The notes under the pieces are model-generated. The model was not told where the DNA came from and made no database searches. It was given only the letters and a program-made list of their open reading frames with translations. This document shows positions 41,375-51,113 of a stretch of 64,000 nt of DNA, piece after piece; the first letter of the stretch is position 1, and each line of letters begins with the position of its first letter. The translations under genes and the position numbers were made by a program. The stretch is from an uncultured archaeon. Its GTDB lineage: Archaea > Thermoproteota > Nitrososphaeria > Nitrososphaerales > Gagatemarchaeaceae. The DNA lies in contig CAWFOU010000007.1 in the NCBI GenBank assembly GCA_963817525.1, positions 256,001-320,000 of the forward strand, in the 5' to 3' direction.

Positions 41375-41545
41375 TCATGAGATTGCGACGCCGAAAATCA
41401 GGGCAATCAGGAAGAGCACCACAAAGAGGACAATCAGGATCTTAGCTATCTCCATAGAGAACCCTGCAATCCCCCGTGCGCCGAAAGCGTACGCGAGGAA
41501 TGCGATCACCAGGAACACGATTGCCAACCCGAGTAGGCCGATCAC
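41375..41545 (-). CDS. DUF1328/UPF0391 (YtjA-like) small membrane protein, 56 aa (below ORF-track cutoff)
   Basis: Manual translation MIGLLGLAIVFLVIAFLAYAFGARGIAGFSMEIAKILIVLFVVLFLIALIFGVAIS. Confidence 0.85.
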   Translation of the reverse strand: MIGLLGLAIVFLVIAFLAYAFGARGIAGFSMEIAKILIVLFVVLFLIALIFGVAIS

Positions 41546-41782
41546 TGTGCTTTCCCCATGTAGAGGCGGGACGCAACCTTATGTTCGCGCGCTTAGAAAA
41601 TCCCTTAACATAGTTCTTCCTCGCCGAGTTCTCCGCAAGTCTGGAGCCACTACCGAGATTTGATTTCATTCCCGACCGCGCGATTCACGTATATCGTTAC
41701 GAATTCAATCCACAGAGAAGATTACCGGAGCGTTAATCGACTAGATTGACATTCCCGGCGGCGAATCCAAATACGTTAGCTT

Positions 41783-42442
41783 TTGGACAAAAGTCACGGG
41801 CTCGCGCAAAGCAGCATCGGAAAGGGAATCGCAAGCCTCGACAGGAGGTTCGGGGTGATCAAATTGGCGAAGTTCGCCATGGCAGCGGGCTCTGGGTTTC
41901 TGCTCGCCGAGGCAATGATCACTCTCGGCGTCCTGCGCCTGTACGGGAGTCTGACGGCTCCCCATGATGCATATTCCTCGCCGGAGTTCCTGACTATCGA
42001 CATCTCGGCACTGGCCCTGGGTGTGGCCCTCTCCTTTTTCCTAAATGAGCACTTCACTGTCCGCAATGTGCAAAAGCCTCACGACGGGTCGAATAGCCTT
42101 CCCGCCAGGCTGGCGAAGTTTGAAGGCGTCAACGCGCTAGGAAATGCTGCCATAATAGCTTGCCAATTCGCGCTCCTGGTGGCGCTATCGGTCTCACCCT
42201 CAATCGGCAATATCATCGGCGCGATCGTCTGCTATCCAATCACATATCTCATGTCTATGCACTTCGTTTGGAGGAACGCCGACAACGGGTTGGGAGAGGA
42301 TCACCTCGCCCAAAGGCGCGGGGTTGGGACGAAGAAGGCCGGTCCGCTCTCGCCGCCATTTGGCACGATTCTCGTCCTAGCCACGTTGTACGTGACCAGC
42401 CGGTTCGCGAGAAGAAAAGCCCGCCACCCTTGGGCAAGGTAG
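41783..42442 (+). CDS. GtrA family protein
   Basis: LAKFAMAAGSG...SFFLNEHFT...LAKF...YLMSMHFVW. Confidence 0.78.
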   Translation: MDKSHGLAQSSIGKGIASLDRRFGVIKLAKFAMAAGSGFLLAEAMITLGVLRLYGSLTAPHDAYSSPEFLTIDISALALGVALSFFLNEHFTVRNVQKPHDGSNSLPARLAKFEGVNALGNAAIIACQFALLVALSVSPSIGNIIGAIVCYPITYLMSMHFVWRNADNGLGEDHLAQRRGVGTKKAGPLSPPFGTILVLATLYVTSRFARRKARHPWAR

Positions 42443-42625
42443 GGAATCGTCCGCGGGCCTACGCACCCCTGGCCGACCCATGTATGTCCCCTCATTGAGA
42501 AATCTTCACGGTGCCGGCTTTGTATTGGAATCGGCACGGATCGCCCGTATTGATAACCAATGAAGCAATCCGCGTCCTCGACGTGCGCTGGCAGGAAATT
42601 GTCGAGATACGTGTAGCACACGGGG

Positions 42626-42691
42626 GAAGGCGATTAACAGAAACACGACCGCCAGCCCGAGCAGACCTATAATTCGCTGATCTTTCACCAT
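42626..42691 (-). pseudogene. 5' fragment duplicate of the DUF1328 gene
   Basis: IGLLGLAVVFLLIAF versus IGLLGLAIVFLVIAF; similarity stops abruptly after this. Confidence 0.6.
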
Positions 42692-42848
42692 GAGATATGG
42701 GAATCCGATGGTTATCCTGTGGAAGGCGGTTTTTCGGGTAGCATGGTTCTCGCAAAATACTGGCACAATGGACGACGAGCTCGTGCGCAAAAAAGTGGGA
42801 GGGGTTCGGCTCGAGCGCCCTTGCGAGCGAGCGTCTACCCCTACGGTC

Positions 42849-43049
42849 TTAGATGGTTGGACTCGGACCCGGACTGGGCGATTGACCAGGCATGGATGGG
42901 TTCTGCGTGGGCTTCTGGGTTCCCTGTTGGAGGTCTTCCTTGCTCGTCTTGCCAGTGTCATGGACGGGCATGTGTTTGGTGAGTGACTCCGCGTCCCTGA
43001 AGACAGCCCCGCATATGTCGCACTTGTATTGGGTTTCCTGTTCTGCCAT
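42849..43049 (-). CDS. C2H2 zinc-finger microprotein
   Basis: YKCDICGAVFRDAESLTKHMPVH; TTTAAG box about 25 nt upstream. Confidence 0.8.
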   Translation of the reverse strand: MAEQETQYKCDICGAVFRDAESLTKHMPVHDTGKTSKEDLQQGTQKPTQNPSMPGQSPSPGPSPTI

Positions 43050-43367
43050 GCCCCGATATCGAGTCTCGCCTTAAAGGAGTGTACCGATACGACTACATAA
43101 CACATCCACGTAAAATGCCTATACTCCTCTTGCCTGTGATGACCTCGGTGCCCTCTTTGGCGTGGGTCCAACCGGGCATCACCGGTCGTGAACGGTTGTC
43201 TCGCCTCTAATGGATCCGCATGCACAATCCTCTGACGCTTATGAGCTGCCTTGCATCAATGAATCGGCTCGCTGACTCACGCAGGACATGCTCCTCAGTG
43301 GAACTTTCTTAGGGGACCACCATGCGATAAGCGGTTAAACATCGCACCGATCTTGTTGCGAGAGAAA

Positions 43368-43499
43368 TTGAGCTGGCTGATAGTCTTCGTCAAGTGCGAG
43401 CAGTGCGAGATGACATTCAGAAACGAGGAGGGTTTGAAAAGACATCGCATTGCGCACGAGCCGGACGATGGTAGTGTGTTGGACACTCCACGGGAGTGA
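43368..43499 (+). CDS. C2H2 zinc-finger microprotein, 43 aa (below ORF-track cutoff)
   Basis: Manual translation ...VKCEQCEMTFRNEEGLKRHRIAH... Confidence 0.7.
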   Translation: MSWLIVFVKCEQCEMTFRNEEGLKRHRIAHEPDDGSVLDTPRE

Positions 43500-43652
43500 C
43501 CGAAAGCAACTACCGATGGCTCTACGAATCCAGCAATCCACCGACCAATCCCCGGCGAGGCATCGTGCGCCCGCTCCAAACCGAATGCGTGCGTGAGGCC
43601 GGATCAGGCGTTCCTGCGCCTAAAGTGAAAATCCCTGAGCGTTGTGCCCAGG

Positions 43653-43979
43653 CTACTTTTCCATCTCGTTGTCTTGGCCTCCGAATATGTCCGCTAGCTC
43701 ATCGTAGGCTGCCATAAGCCTCCTTCCCCGCTCGGTGGTCACATATTTCGTCCTCTTGACGTATTCCTCGACCTGCAGCGTTGAGACGAGTTTCCGATTG
43801 AGCATGAAGTCGATATATTGTTGGAGCTGCTTTGAGTTAAGGTTGCACTTGTACATGACATGCGTCTTGAGCGCTCCTCCCTCACAGACTGTGAGCATGA
43901 GGTCGACGATTTCAAGCCAACCCCTGTTCCCCCATCTCAGGACGCTCTTGTTCTCCAAGTCACCGTGATTCTCAGCCAT
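43653..43979 (-). CDS. Small winged-helix DNA-binding protein (archaeal HTH_45-like)
   Basis: RGWLEIVDLMLTVCEGGALKTHVMYKCNLNSKQLQQYIDFM...YVTTERG. Confidence 0.88.
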   Translation of the reverse strand: MAENHGDLENKSVLRWGNRGWLEIVDLMLTVCEGGALKTHVMYKCNLNSKQLQQYIDFMLNRKLVSTLQVEEYVKRTKYVTTERGRRLMAAYDELADIFGGQDNEMEK

Positions 43980-44200
43980 CTTTGCACCCGGCGACACGCC
44001 ACCCCTAATCATCCCAATAGCGCCTCCTCCTCAGCGGCCGCCAGTTCGGCATCGAATGCTTCGATTCGTTGACCAGTCTGAGCCTGCGACCTGACTCGAA
44101 TCACAGCTGCAACAGCGCTGGGCTCGACGTCGTGCCAGGCGCCCACCTGTGCGCAGTCTTGTCATAGAGCACCAATTACCGGGCCGCTTATATCATCGGT

Positions 44201-44213
44201 GCAATTTTGTTCT
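44201..44213. promoter_or_regulatory. Motif GCAATTTTGTTCT, 8 nt upstream of TATAAG (44192-44187); promoter reads towards the wHTH gene via a short leader ORF starting at 44165
   Basis: 9/13 match with near-complete right half-site; conserved spacing. Confidence 0.5.
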
Positions 44214-44976
44214 ATAACGCCGCAAGCATTCGTGAGTCTAGCTGGTGGGTCTCCGCAGCCGCTCCGCCTCCAGGTGGGATATCGCCGCCGTTTCCTCGGA
44301 TGAGCCGTGAGGCATCAGGGCCGAGGTTGAACAGCATGTCGACTATTGACAGATCAGGAACGAACGCCCCCGTGAATCTTTGGCGATATGGGATTGGGGC
44401 GTATTCCTGAAAGACGAGTCTGACCCCCTCGTTTTCGAACAGCGTCAGGTCTATGTAGTTCCTTCCGCCGCGGCCCGACACGTATGTGTCTGCCCCCACC
44501 GCTTTGCAAACGTTAACCAGTCGCTCGGTGGCCTTCCCATCCACCTTCAATTCTGACTCACGCACGACCGGGAGGTTGAGGCCGAGCCATTCCATCGATT
44601 GCTTCAAGAGGTCGAGGTCTAGCTCCAGCAGCAAGTCCCACTTACTTTGGAATGTCTCCTCAAGGCGGCCTGCGTAGAGCCCGTAGAATGATGCGTTGCG
44701 ATAGGAGAGGGAAATCTTCTTGCAGTGGTCGTCGCTCCAACGGACGCCGTTATTGATCTTGACAGAGGCGTTTGGAAGGAATTTGTCGTCCTTCACGATT
44801 GGCACGGTAAGCCATATCGGCCCTTGTGGGACGAGGATCTTGTTCCTGTTCGTGAACCGCTTATCGTATTGCACGTCATCCATTATCACGAGCACATCCG
44901 CGAGGCTCAGCTTGTGGAAAAAGCCCGGGTATGGGATGTACATCGGCTGATGGATGGCGGCCTTCATGATGTTCAC
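44212..44976 (-). CDS. WbqC family protein
   Basis: AIHQPMYIPYPGFFHK...DDVQY...NRNKI, YVSGRGG..Y and LSIVDMLFN motifs. Confidence 0.92.
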   Translation of the reverse strand: MNIMKAAIHQPMYIPYPGFFHKLSLADVLVIMDDVQYDKRFTNRNKILVPQGPIWLTVPIVKDDKFLPNASVKINNGVRWSDDHCKKISLSYRNASFYGLYAGRLEETFQSKWDLLLELDLDLLKQSMEWLGLNLPVVRESELKVDGKATERLVNVCKAVGADTYVSGRGGRNYIDLTLFENEGVRLVFQEYAPIPYRQRFTGAFVPDLSIVDMLFNLGPDASRLIRGNGGDIPPGGGAAAETHQLDSRMLAAL

Positions 44977-45007
44977 CGAACTGTTCTCGAGAGCTACTCC
45001 CTTCCGA

Positions 45008-45961
45008 TCATCGGTCTTCGCGCTGGCTCGAATGCGAGCCAGCCTGAGGGCGGCCGTGCGTCCCGAGCAGCCTCGATACTTCGGATGTTCTCCTTCGTAG
45101 AGTTATTGTGGTGACCCCCGCGGCAAACGCGATTCTGATTTGCGTCGTGGACGCGGTGGTCTCGTTTGCCGCCAGGAAGAGCGCGGCAGCCGCGATTGAA
45201 GCAGGCCTCTTTCCCACCAAGAGCGGTTCATTCTTCACTTTCTCCAGGATTTGAATCGCCCGCCTCTCTGTGACACCTCCCAGGCGAGCGCGGTTTGCGA
45301 TTCTGGAGACCTGAGAGGCAGGGTCGGGGGAAGAGAGGCGCAGTCCCGCCCCCTTTGACAGCACCTTTGAATAGTGCAAGATGCTCTTTCCACCCTGAGC
45401 GTCAGCAATGTGCTGTATCTCCTTTACCGACCGTGGGATACCGCTCTCCCTGCACGCGAGGTAGACGGCAGCCTCAGCCATCCCGACGATGGACCTCCGT
45501 TTCCCGCGTCCATCCTCGACGCCCCTGCGGTATAGCTCGTACGCTCTCTCGACCGTGTTCTTGCCGGTGCCCAGGGAGTCGCCGATACGTTGGATCTCGC
45601 CCGCCGCCCTCGTGAGGTTCCTCCTCTTGGAGTCGCTCGCGATGGTCATGTTGTTCAGGCGCCTTAGCCGATTCATGTCTCCGATGTCGGAGATTTGATT
45701 CCCCCTCGCGTCGACGTCGCGGCCGTCGATTTTGGCGGGCAGGGAGATGTAATACATCATGCCCGAGTTGTCATCACCAATCACTGAACCCAACTCCGCG
45801 GAGGGAGCACCGAAGAACTCCGAGAACTTCAGGTCGTCACTTCTGCTCACGACGCCGCATTCGGCACAGACTTGCTCGCCGGTATCGAAGTCAGACACGA
45901 GGTCAGCTCGACACTCACGGCACTTTTCGGTCACTTTCAAGGAGGTTGGGTCCGCTAACAT
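45008..45961 (-). CDS. tfb: Transcription initiation factor B paralogue (divergent)
   Basis: Zn ribbon CREC...CAEC; cyclin repeats RNLTRAAGEI, AVYLACRESGIPRS, GKRPASIAAAAL, TQIRIAFAAGVT. Confidence 0.9.
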   Translation of the reverse strand: MLADPTSLKVTEKCRECRADLVSDFDTGEQVCAECGVVSRSDDLKFSEFFGAPSAELGSVIGDDNSGMMYYISLPAKIDGRDVDARGNQISDIGDMNRLRRLNNMTIASDSKRRNLTRAAGEIQRIGDSLGTGKNTVERAYELYRRGVEDGRGKRRSIVGMAEAAVYLACRESGIPRSVKEIQHIADAQGGKSILHYSKVLSKGAGLRLSSPDPASQVSRIANRARLGGVTERRAIQILEKVKNEPLLVGKRPASIAAAALFLAANETTASTTQIRIAFAAGVTTITLRRRTSEVSRLLGTHGRPQAGSHSSQREDR

Positions 45962-46089
45962 GGCAGGCTTTTCGCGCGTCCCGAATAAAAACGGTTGGAC
46001 TAAAATTTCAATATTATTTTATGTCTTCAAAATTCAATAACAAAGTTCTGTGCGGTTGACCGAAGAAAAAACGGAAGCTCGAAGAGGAG

Positions 46090-46120
46090 ATAAAAAATAA
46101 AGGCCGCCATCAGGCGGCCT
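46090..46120 (-). terminator. Hairpin plus U-tract downstream of the wHTH gene
   Basis: AGGCCGCC-ATCA-GGCGGCCT perfect stem followed on the minus strand by TTATTTTTT. Confidence 0.6.
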
Positions 46121-46148
46121 GCGCTGATTCTTTCCGCGGCCGTGTCGT

Positions 46149-46439
46149 CTATCCGAGTAGATCTGGGATGACCGTTTCTGGGGTCTTGTTGTTGTCCAGA
46201 GAGACGATGTCGCTAATCTCGTCGTAGACTCTCAGGAACCGAAGGCCTTGCTCCGTGAGCTTGTATTCTTGGCTGTTCTCCTCGAAACTGATCAGTCGTC
46301 TTTCCTTGAGGAAGTGGATGTATTCCTGGACTTGCGCATAGGAAAGGTACGCGCTGTACATGAGCCGGGTCTTTGTCGCACCGTTCATCGCGGCCTGCAG
46401 AATCATGGCGATTATTTCTGTCCTGCTGCGGTACTTCAT
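46149..46439 (-). CDS. Small winged-helix DNA-binding protein (archaeal HTH_45-like)
   Basis: MKYRSRTEIIAMILQAAMNGATKTRLMYSAYLSYAQVQEYI...YKLTEQG. Confidence 0.92.
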   Translation of the reverse strand: MKYRSRTEIIAMILQAAMNGATKTRLMYSAYLSYAQVQEYIHFLKERRLISFEENSQEYKLTEQGLRFLRVYDEISDIVSLDNNKTPETVIPDLLG

Positions 46440-46478
46440 GCTACCGTGTTATTCTGAGGTTCTGTATATTAACTATCT

Positions 46479-46491
46479 GAAACAATCTTCT
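46479..46491. promoter_or_regulatory. Motif GAAACAATCTTCT, 6-8 nt upstream of TTAATATA (46472-46465) of the wHTH gene
   Basis: Shares AACAATCTTCTA (12 nt) with the gvpA site. Confidence 0.55.
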
Positions 46492-46656
46492 AAAAAGTCC
46501 CTCCAGTTAAAATCCTTGCAACTAATTCGTCGACTCCGCGTCATTTTGGTTGAACCGTGATGGCTCGAGTCAATTTCGACTTACAATCACAAAGTAGATA
46601 CCTCCCTACAAAAAGTCAATCATCGACTTATATGCTCGCGGCAGGCTTTCCTCAAT

Positions 46657-48414
46657 TTGTGTTCGATAATCGGCTATCTCGGCACAGGAGAGGGCGCTCC
46701 TCTCCTCGTGGAGGCCTTGAGGCGGATGGAGTACAGGGGATACGACAGTGCTGGCGTTGCCATGTTCTGCGACGGCAACATCGTCCTGAAGAAGGGCGTG
46801 GGCAAGGTCGAACAAGTCAACACCGCCAAGCAGCTCGCGACACTCCGGGGTACGGCGGGGATAGCCCACACCAGGTGGGCTACGCACGGTGGAGTGACCG
46901 AGGCTAATGCGCATCCTCACCTCTCTTCGTCAGGTAAGACGGCCATCGTCCACAACGGAATCATAGAGAACTACGAGGAGCTCAAGGCCGAGGTGGGACA
47001 GCGCGGCTACCTCTTCAGAAGCGAGACCGACAGCGAAGTCATCGCGAACCTCTTGCAGTGCAACCGAGACCTCGGGATGACGGTGGAGGAGGCGGTCATC
47101 GAGACCCTTCGAGAGCTCAAAGGGAGATATGCCTTCGTGGCACTCATGGACGACGGGACGCTCGTAGGAGCCAGGAACCATGCCCCGCTCATTCTGGGAA
47201 TCGGAAGGGACGGCGCGTTTGTGTCGAGTGACATCATGGGGTTTGTTCAGGCTACTGATGATGTGATTTACATGGACAACGGGCAGTTTGTGATGATCAC
47301 CCAAGACAAGATCCGGATATCCGACTTCGACGGGGCCCCAGCGGCTCAGCGTCTAGTCAGAGTGTCGAAGGAGTTAGCAGACGATGATAAAAGGGGATAC
47401 GTCCATCACACGTTGAAGGAGATAAACGAACAGCCCGAGGTCATCGAGAAGGCCGGAGACCGGTTCAGGGCTGAACTCGGAATCCTCGCGGGGATGATTA
47501 AGCAAGCCGAGGTCGTCTACATTACCGGAAGCGGCAGCAGCTACAACGCCGCGCTGATAGGGAAGCATCTGTTTTCGAAGCACGCTGGAATAAGGCTGGA
47601 GCCGATCATCTCGAGCGAGGCGCAGTTCTCCCCGATGTATCTCGACTCACGTTCCCTTCTCCTGGCATTGTCCCAGAGCGGGGAGAGCGCGGACGTGCTA
47701 GAGGCCGCCGCGATAGCAAAGGAGCACGGCGCGGCGGTCGCCTCGATCGTGAACGTGCCGACGTCGTCTCTGGCCCGCCTTTCCTCGATCTCCGTGAGCC
47801 TCAACTGCGGACCTGAGGTCGGGGTGGCCGCGACGAAGAGCTTCACGTCCCAGCTCGCGGTGCTCTATGCGCTGAACGACATCCTGTGCGGAGGGAGCGA
47901 ATACGACCTGCGAAACGTCCCCGCCGCGATGTCAGAGATACTCGCAGATGACGGGCGGATCCGCAACCTCGCGGAGGAGCTGAATGACATCTCTGACATA
48001 TACGTCCTCGGCGATGGCGTGCACTACTTTATGGCCTCCGAGGCGGCTCTGAAGCTAAAGGAGCTCGCGTACGTCCATGCCGAGGCGATGCCAAGCGGGG
48101 AGTTGAAGCACGGCCCCCTGGCCCTCCTGGACTCGGCCTCATACGTGCTGGTCTTCAACCCCTACGACTCGACGTACTCCAACACGCTCGCGTCCGCCCA
48201 CGAGGCCAAGGCGCGCGGGGTCAAGGTGATAGGCGTCTCCGACAGGCCGAACGAGATCTACGACCACTGGATCAGGATCCCACACGTCGATGACCAGCTC
48301 TTCTCGATTCTGGAGATATTGCCTATCCAGCTCCTGGCGTACCACATGGCCGTGAACCGCAATGCCGACCCCGACTACCCGAGAAACCTCGCCAAGTCGG
48401 TGACCGTAAAGTAA
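46657..48414 (+). CDS. glmS: Glutamine-fructose-6-phosphate aminotransferase
   Basis: N-terminal Cys, EYRGYDSAG, HTRWATHG, SQSGE, ELKHGP and PRNLAKSVTV motifs. Confidence 0.97.
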   Translation: MCSIIGYLGTGEGAPLLVEALRRMEYRGYDSAGVAMFCDGNIVLKKGVGKVEQVNTAKQLATLRGTAGIAHTRWATHGGVTEANAHPHLSSSGKTAIVHNGIIENYEELKAEVGQRGYLFRSETDSEVIANLLQCNRDLGMTVEEAVIETLRELKGRYAFVALMDDGTLVGARNHAPLILGIGRDGAFVSSDIMGFVQATDDVIYMDNGQFVMITQDKIRISDFDGAPAAQRLVRVSKELADDDKRGYVHHTLKEINEQPEVIEKAGDRFRAELGILAGMIKQAEVVYITGSGSSYNAALIGKHLFSKHAGIRLEPIISSEAQFSPMYLDSRSLLLALSQSGESADVLEAAAIAKEHGAAVASIVNVPTSSLARLSSISVSLNCGPEVGVAATKSFTSQLAVLYALNDILCGGSEYDLRNVPAAMSEILADDGRIRNLAEELNDISDIYVLGDGVHYFMASEAALKLKELAYVHAEAMPSGELKHGPLALLDSASYVLVFNPYDSTYSNTLASAHEAKARGVKVIGVSDRPNEIYDHWIRIPHVDDQLFSILEILPIQLLAYHMAVNRNADPDYPRNLAKSVTVK

Positions 48415-48490
48415 GTGCGGCAGGACTCGAGACGCGGATGATTATTCTAGAAGTTTGAACGTCAAGCCTAGATAACGCCCGCTGGTATAG

Positions 48491-48685
48491 ATGGTCGATA
48501 TGTCACTTCGGCGAGGGCGGGCAGTCGGGAAGTCGAATCAGTCCCAGGATGTGAACTTCTTGGTGCGGACTTGCGCGCAATGCGATATGGGAGTCTTGCT
48601 CAGTGTCGGAGACGTTCTTTGCGGGGAAAACTGGTACCACCGTGATTGCTGGGAAGAGATCCGAGGGGTCTTCCCAGACGTATAG
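48491..48685 (+). CDS. Small zinc-finger (CxxC...HxxC) protein
   Basis: CAQC...WYHRDCW. Confidence 0.55.
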   Translation: MVDMSLRRGRAVGKSNQSQDVNFLVRTCAQCDMGVLLSVGDVLCGENWYHRDCWEEIRGVFPDV

Positions 48686-48781
48686 CTAGCGGGTTGACCG
48701 GATCCCTTTGTTGGAGCCGACCGGGACCTTTCCGAGTTTTACCCGTCCAGTTGTTTATATTCGGGAATCGGAATCGCGCTG

Positions 48782-50143
48782 ATGATGATCAAAGTATCCG
48801 GCGGCCGGGAAGGCAAGAGCTCGGTGCGTGCCGTTCTCCCCGCTGAGCTCGCGCAGTTTCTGAATCGCCGCTCGTATTCCCTCCTCATCAAGGGCGAAGC
48901 CGCGACCGGGAAGACCATCCTTGCTCTATCGATACTCAAGGAGTTCGGGGCGGGGGGCAACTATCTGTATCTCTCGACGAGGGTCTCGCCGTCTCAACTC
49001 TTCGAGAACCACCCGTGGCTGGCGGATCTCCCCAAGACCGAGAAGCGGGAGGTCGGCGACCAACCGGAAGACCAGAATCAGAGCCGATTCGTGGACTCTA
49101 GGCTCGACGAACCGATCCCATTCTTCGAGCGGATTACAAACGAGCTGATGGATACTAAGTCGCCGACGATCGTAATCGATTCATGGGACCCTATCGCCAT
49201 GATGATGAAAGACGAAGCACTGTTCTCGAACACGAAGGTCTTGCAGACGTGGCGCGAGCGGGCCGAGGCGAAGATAATCACCTTGGTCGAGGACTCTGAG
49301 AACACCAGCTTCGATTCTCTCTTTGACGGGGTCGTCACTCTTGACCGATATTACGAAGACGGAAGGATCGTCAGGATGATACAGCTTTCAAAGCTAAGCG
49401 GTGTGAAAGTGACTCGCCCCTCATATCTTTTCACTCTGGATGGCGGCATCTTTCAGAGTTTTGGGTCGCAAAGCCCGTTGGAAATCGAGGCTCGAAAGTC
49501 TCGCGGTTGGGCATGGGAGAAGAGGATGCACACCACGGGATATGTTGAACTCGACGCGGTTTTGGATCGGACGCTGCCCCAAGGCACGTTGGTGCACATC
49601 AACGTGACACCGGGAGTCAACTCGGGGACCGTCCTTCTCTTGCTGAGCGGGATCCTTGGGCGAGGCGGCCCACGGTCAAGGGCCATGTTTTTCAGGCCGT
49701 TCGAAGGGATAGGTCTGGAAAAGGCAAGCGGCGCGCTCGGAGACGTGATCCCCATAAGGCAAGCCAGGCCAAGAGGAGGGGGCAACGGGTCAAAGACGTG
49801 GGCCGAGTCGCTCAAGGGCTTGGTGAAGAAGCAGAAAGGAGCTAGGCCCGGGCAGAAGATTGCCGTGGTAGTGGGCTCGGAGTTCCTTCTCAACGCCGAC
49901 GGAGAAGAGGACAGGGAGGCCCTGCTCGAGCTCATGAAATCTGAAATCGACCTGTCGGTGCTGGTCAGCGACAGCGAGACGCCCTCGGAGAGCGGTGCCC
50001 AGGCCGCGGACGTCTCCCTCAAGCTCTCCGACATCAACGGAATCCCGCTGCTGGAGGGGCAGCTCCCATGGACGGAATACTTCGTCATCGCCGCGAATGC
50101 CTTTAACGGCGACCTGACTCTTCGCCTCGTCCCGATGGTATAA
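48782..50143 (+). CDS. gvpD: GvpD-like / RAD55-KaiC family P-loop ATPase
   Basis: SLLIKGEAATGKT Walker A, YLSTRVS, IVIDSWD Walker B, DGVVTL; second KaiC-like domain with a degenerate P-loop. Confidence 0.75.
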   Translation: MMIKVSGGREGKSSVRAVLPAELAQFLNRRSYSLLIKGEAATGKTILALSILKEFGAGGNYLYLSTRVSPSQLFENHPWLADLPKTEKREVGDQPEDQNQSRFVDSRLDEPIPFFERITNELMDTKSPTIVIDSWDPIAMMMKDEALFSNTKVLQTWRERAEAKIITLVEDSENTSFDSLFDGVVTLDRYYEDGRIVRMIQLSKLSGVKVTRPSYLFTLDGGIFQSFGSQSPLEIEARKSRGWAWEKRMHTTGYVELDAVLDRTLPQGTLVHINVTPGVNSGTVLLLLSGILGRGGPRSRAMFFRPFEGIGLEKASGALGDVIPIRQARPRGGGNGSKTWAESLKGLVKKQKGARPGQKIAVVVGSEFLLNADGEEDREALLELMKSEIDLSVLVSDSETPSESGAQAADVSLKLSDINGIPLLEGQLPWTEYFVIAANAFNGDLTLRLVPMV

Positions 50144-50158
50144 ATATAGTGAAATCTG

Positions 50159-50551
50159 TTGAGTGGAACGTTGAGAATTCTCTTGGTGGACGACGAGGTC
50201 GACATCACCTCTAGCCTCAAGATGGGTCTCGAGCGTCATGGATTCCAGGTGGACGCCTTCAACGACCCCAAGAAGGCCCTCGCGGAATTCAAGGCAAACC
50301 GTTACGACATGATCTTCCTCGACATCAGGATGCCCCAGATGAACGGCTTCGAGCTGTACCGGGCCCTGAGAGCAAGCGACCAGAATGTGCAGATCGCCTT
50401 CTTGACCGCGTTCGATGTCTACCAAAACGAGTTCCACAAGATGTTTCCAGACATGAAGGTAGACAGGCTATTGCGGAAGCCCATCAGCATCAAGGAGCTG
50501 GTGGCATACGTAAAGTCCCAAAGGCCGCCTGCGAAAAAAGTCACGTTCTAG
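50159..50551 (+). CDS. Stand-alone response regulator receiver
   Basis: ILLVDDE, LDIRMPQMNG, FLTA and RKP motifs. Confidence 0.92.
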   Translation: MSGTLRILLVDDEVDITSSLKMGLERHGFQVDAFNDPKKALAEFKANRYDMIFLDIRMPQMNGFELYRALRASDQNVQIAFLTAFDVYQNEFHKMFPDMKVDRLLRKPISIKELVAYVKSQRPPAKKVTF

Positions 50552-50702
50552 GACGACTCGCCCTGGCACTCCGCCGATTGGGCCCCGGACTAGCGCGGCG
50601 TTCTGAGGCCGATGAAGGTTTCGTGCTTCTACTAGTGATTGATGTTAGGGAGTCGTGACCGCACTTGATTATAGCTTCGAGGCATACATTCTCCGAACGA
50701 AC

Positions 50703-51113
50703 ATGATCGGAGACAAGACTATTCGGTACGAAGGAAGGAACACCGACCTGGACTCACTGAGGGTCGGAATAGCCAACTACCTGCAGGGAGATGGCTTCAA
50801 AGTGCAGCTCCCGAAAGCGTCAGGTGCGGGGTGGCTCATCCAGGCCCAAAAGGGAGGGTTCCTGCGGGAGATCATTACGGCTGAGCGCGCGCTCAACATC
50901 ATGATACAGGGCGAGCCCAACAGCTTCAGCGTGCGAATAGGGGTAGGCAAGTGGGTCCAGAACGTGGCCGTGACAGCGGTGGAGACGATCGCCCTCTCCG
51001 AGCTCTTTCTTCCGCTCGACGTGGCAGAGATGGCGTGGACCCTGAACGTCGAGGACAAAGTCATCAAGAAGATCGACGAGCTCGTCCAATCGAACCCAGT
51101 CCCTGCGCGCTAG
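50703..51113 (+). CDS. Conserved hypothetical protein
   Basis: Clean ORF with TTATAG box upstream. Confidence 0.65.
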   Translation: MIGDKTIRYEGRNTDLDSLRVGIANYLQGDGFKVQLPKASGAGWLIQAQKGGFLREIITAERALNIMIQGEPNSFSVRIGVGKWVQNVAVTAVETIALSELFLPLDVAEMAWTLNVEDKVIKKIDELVQSNPVPAR

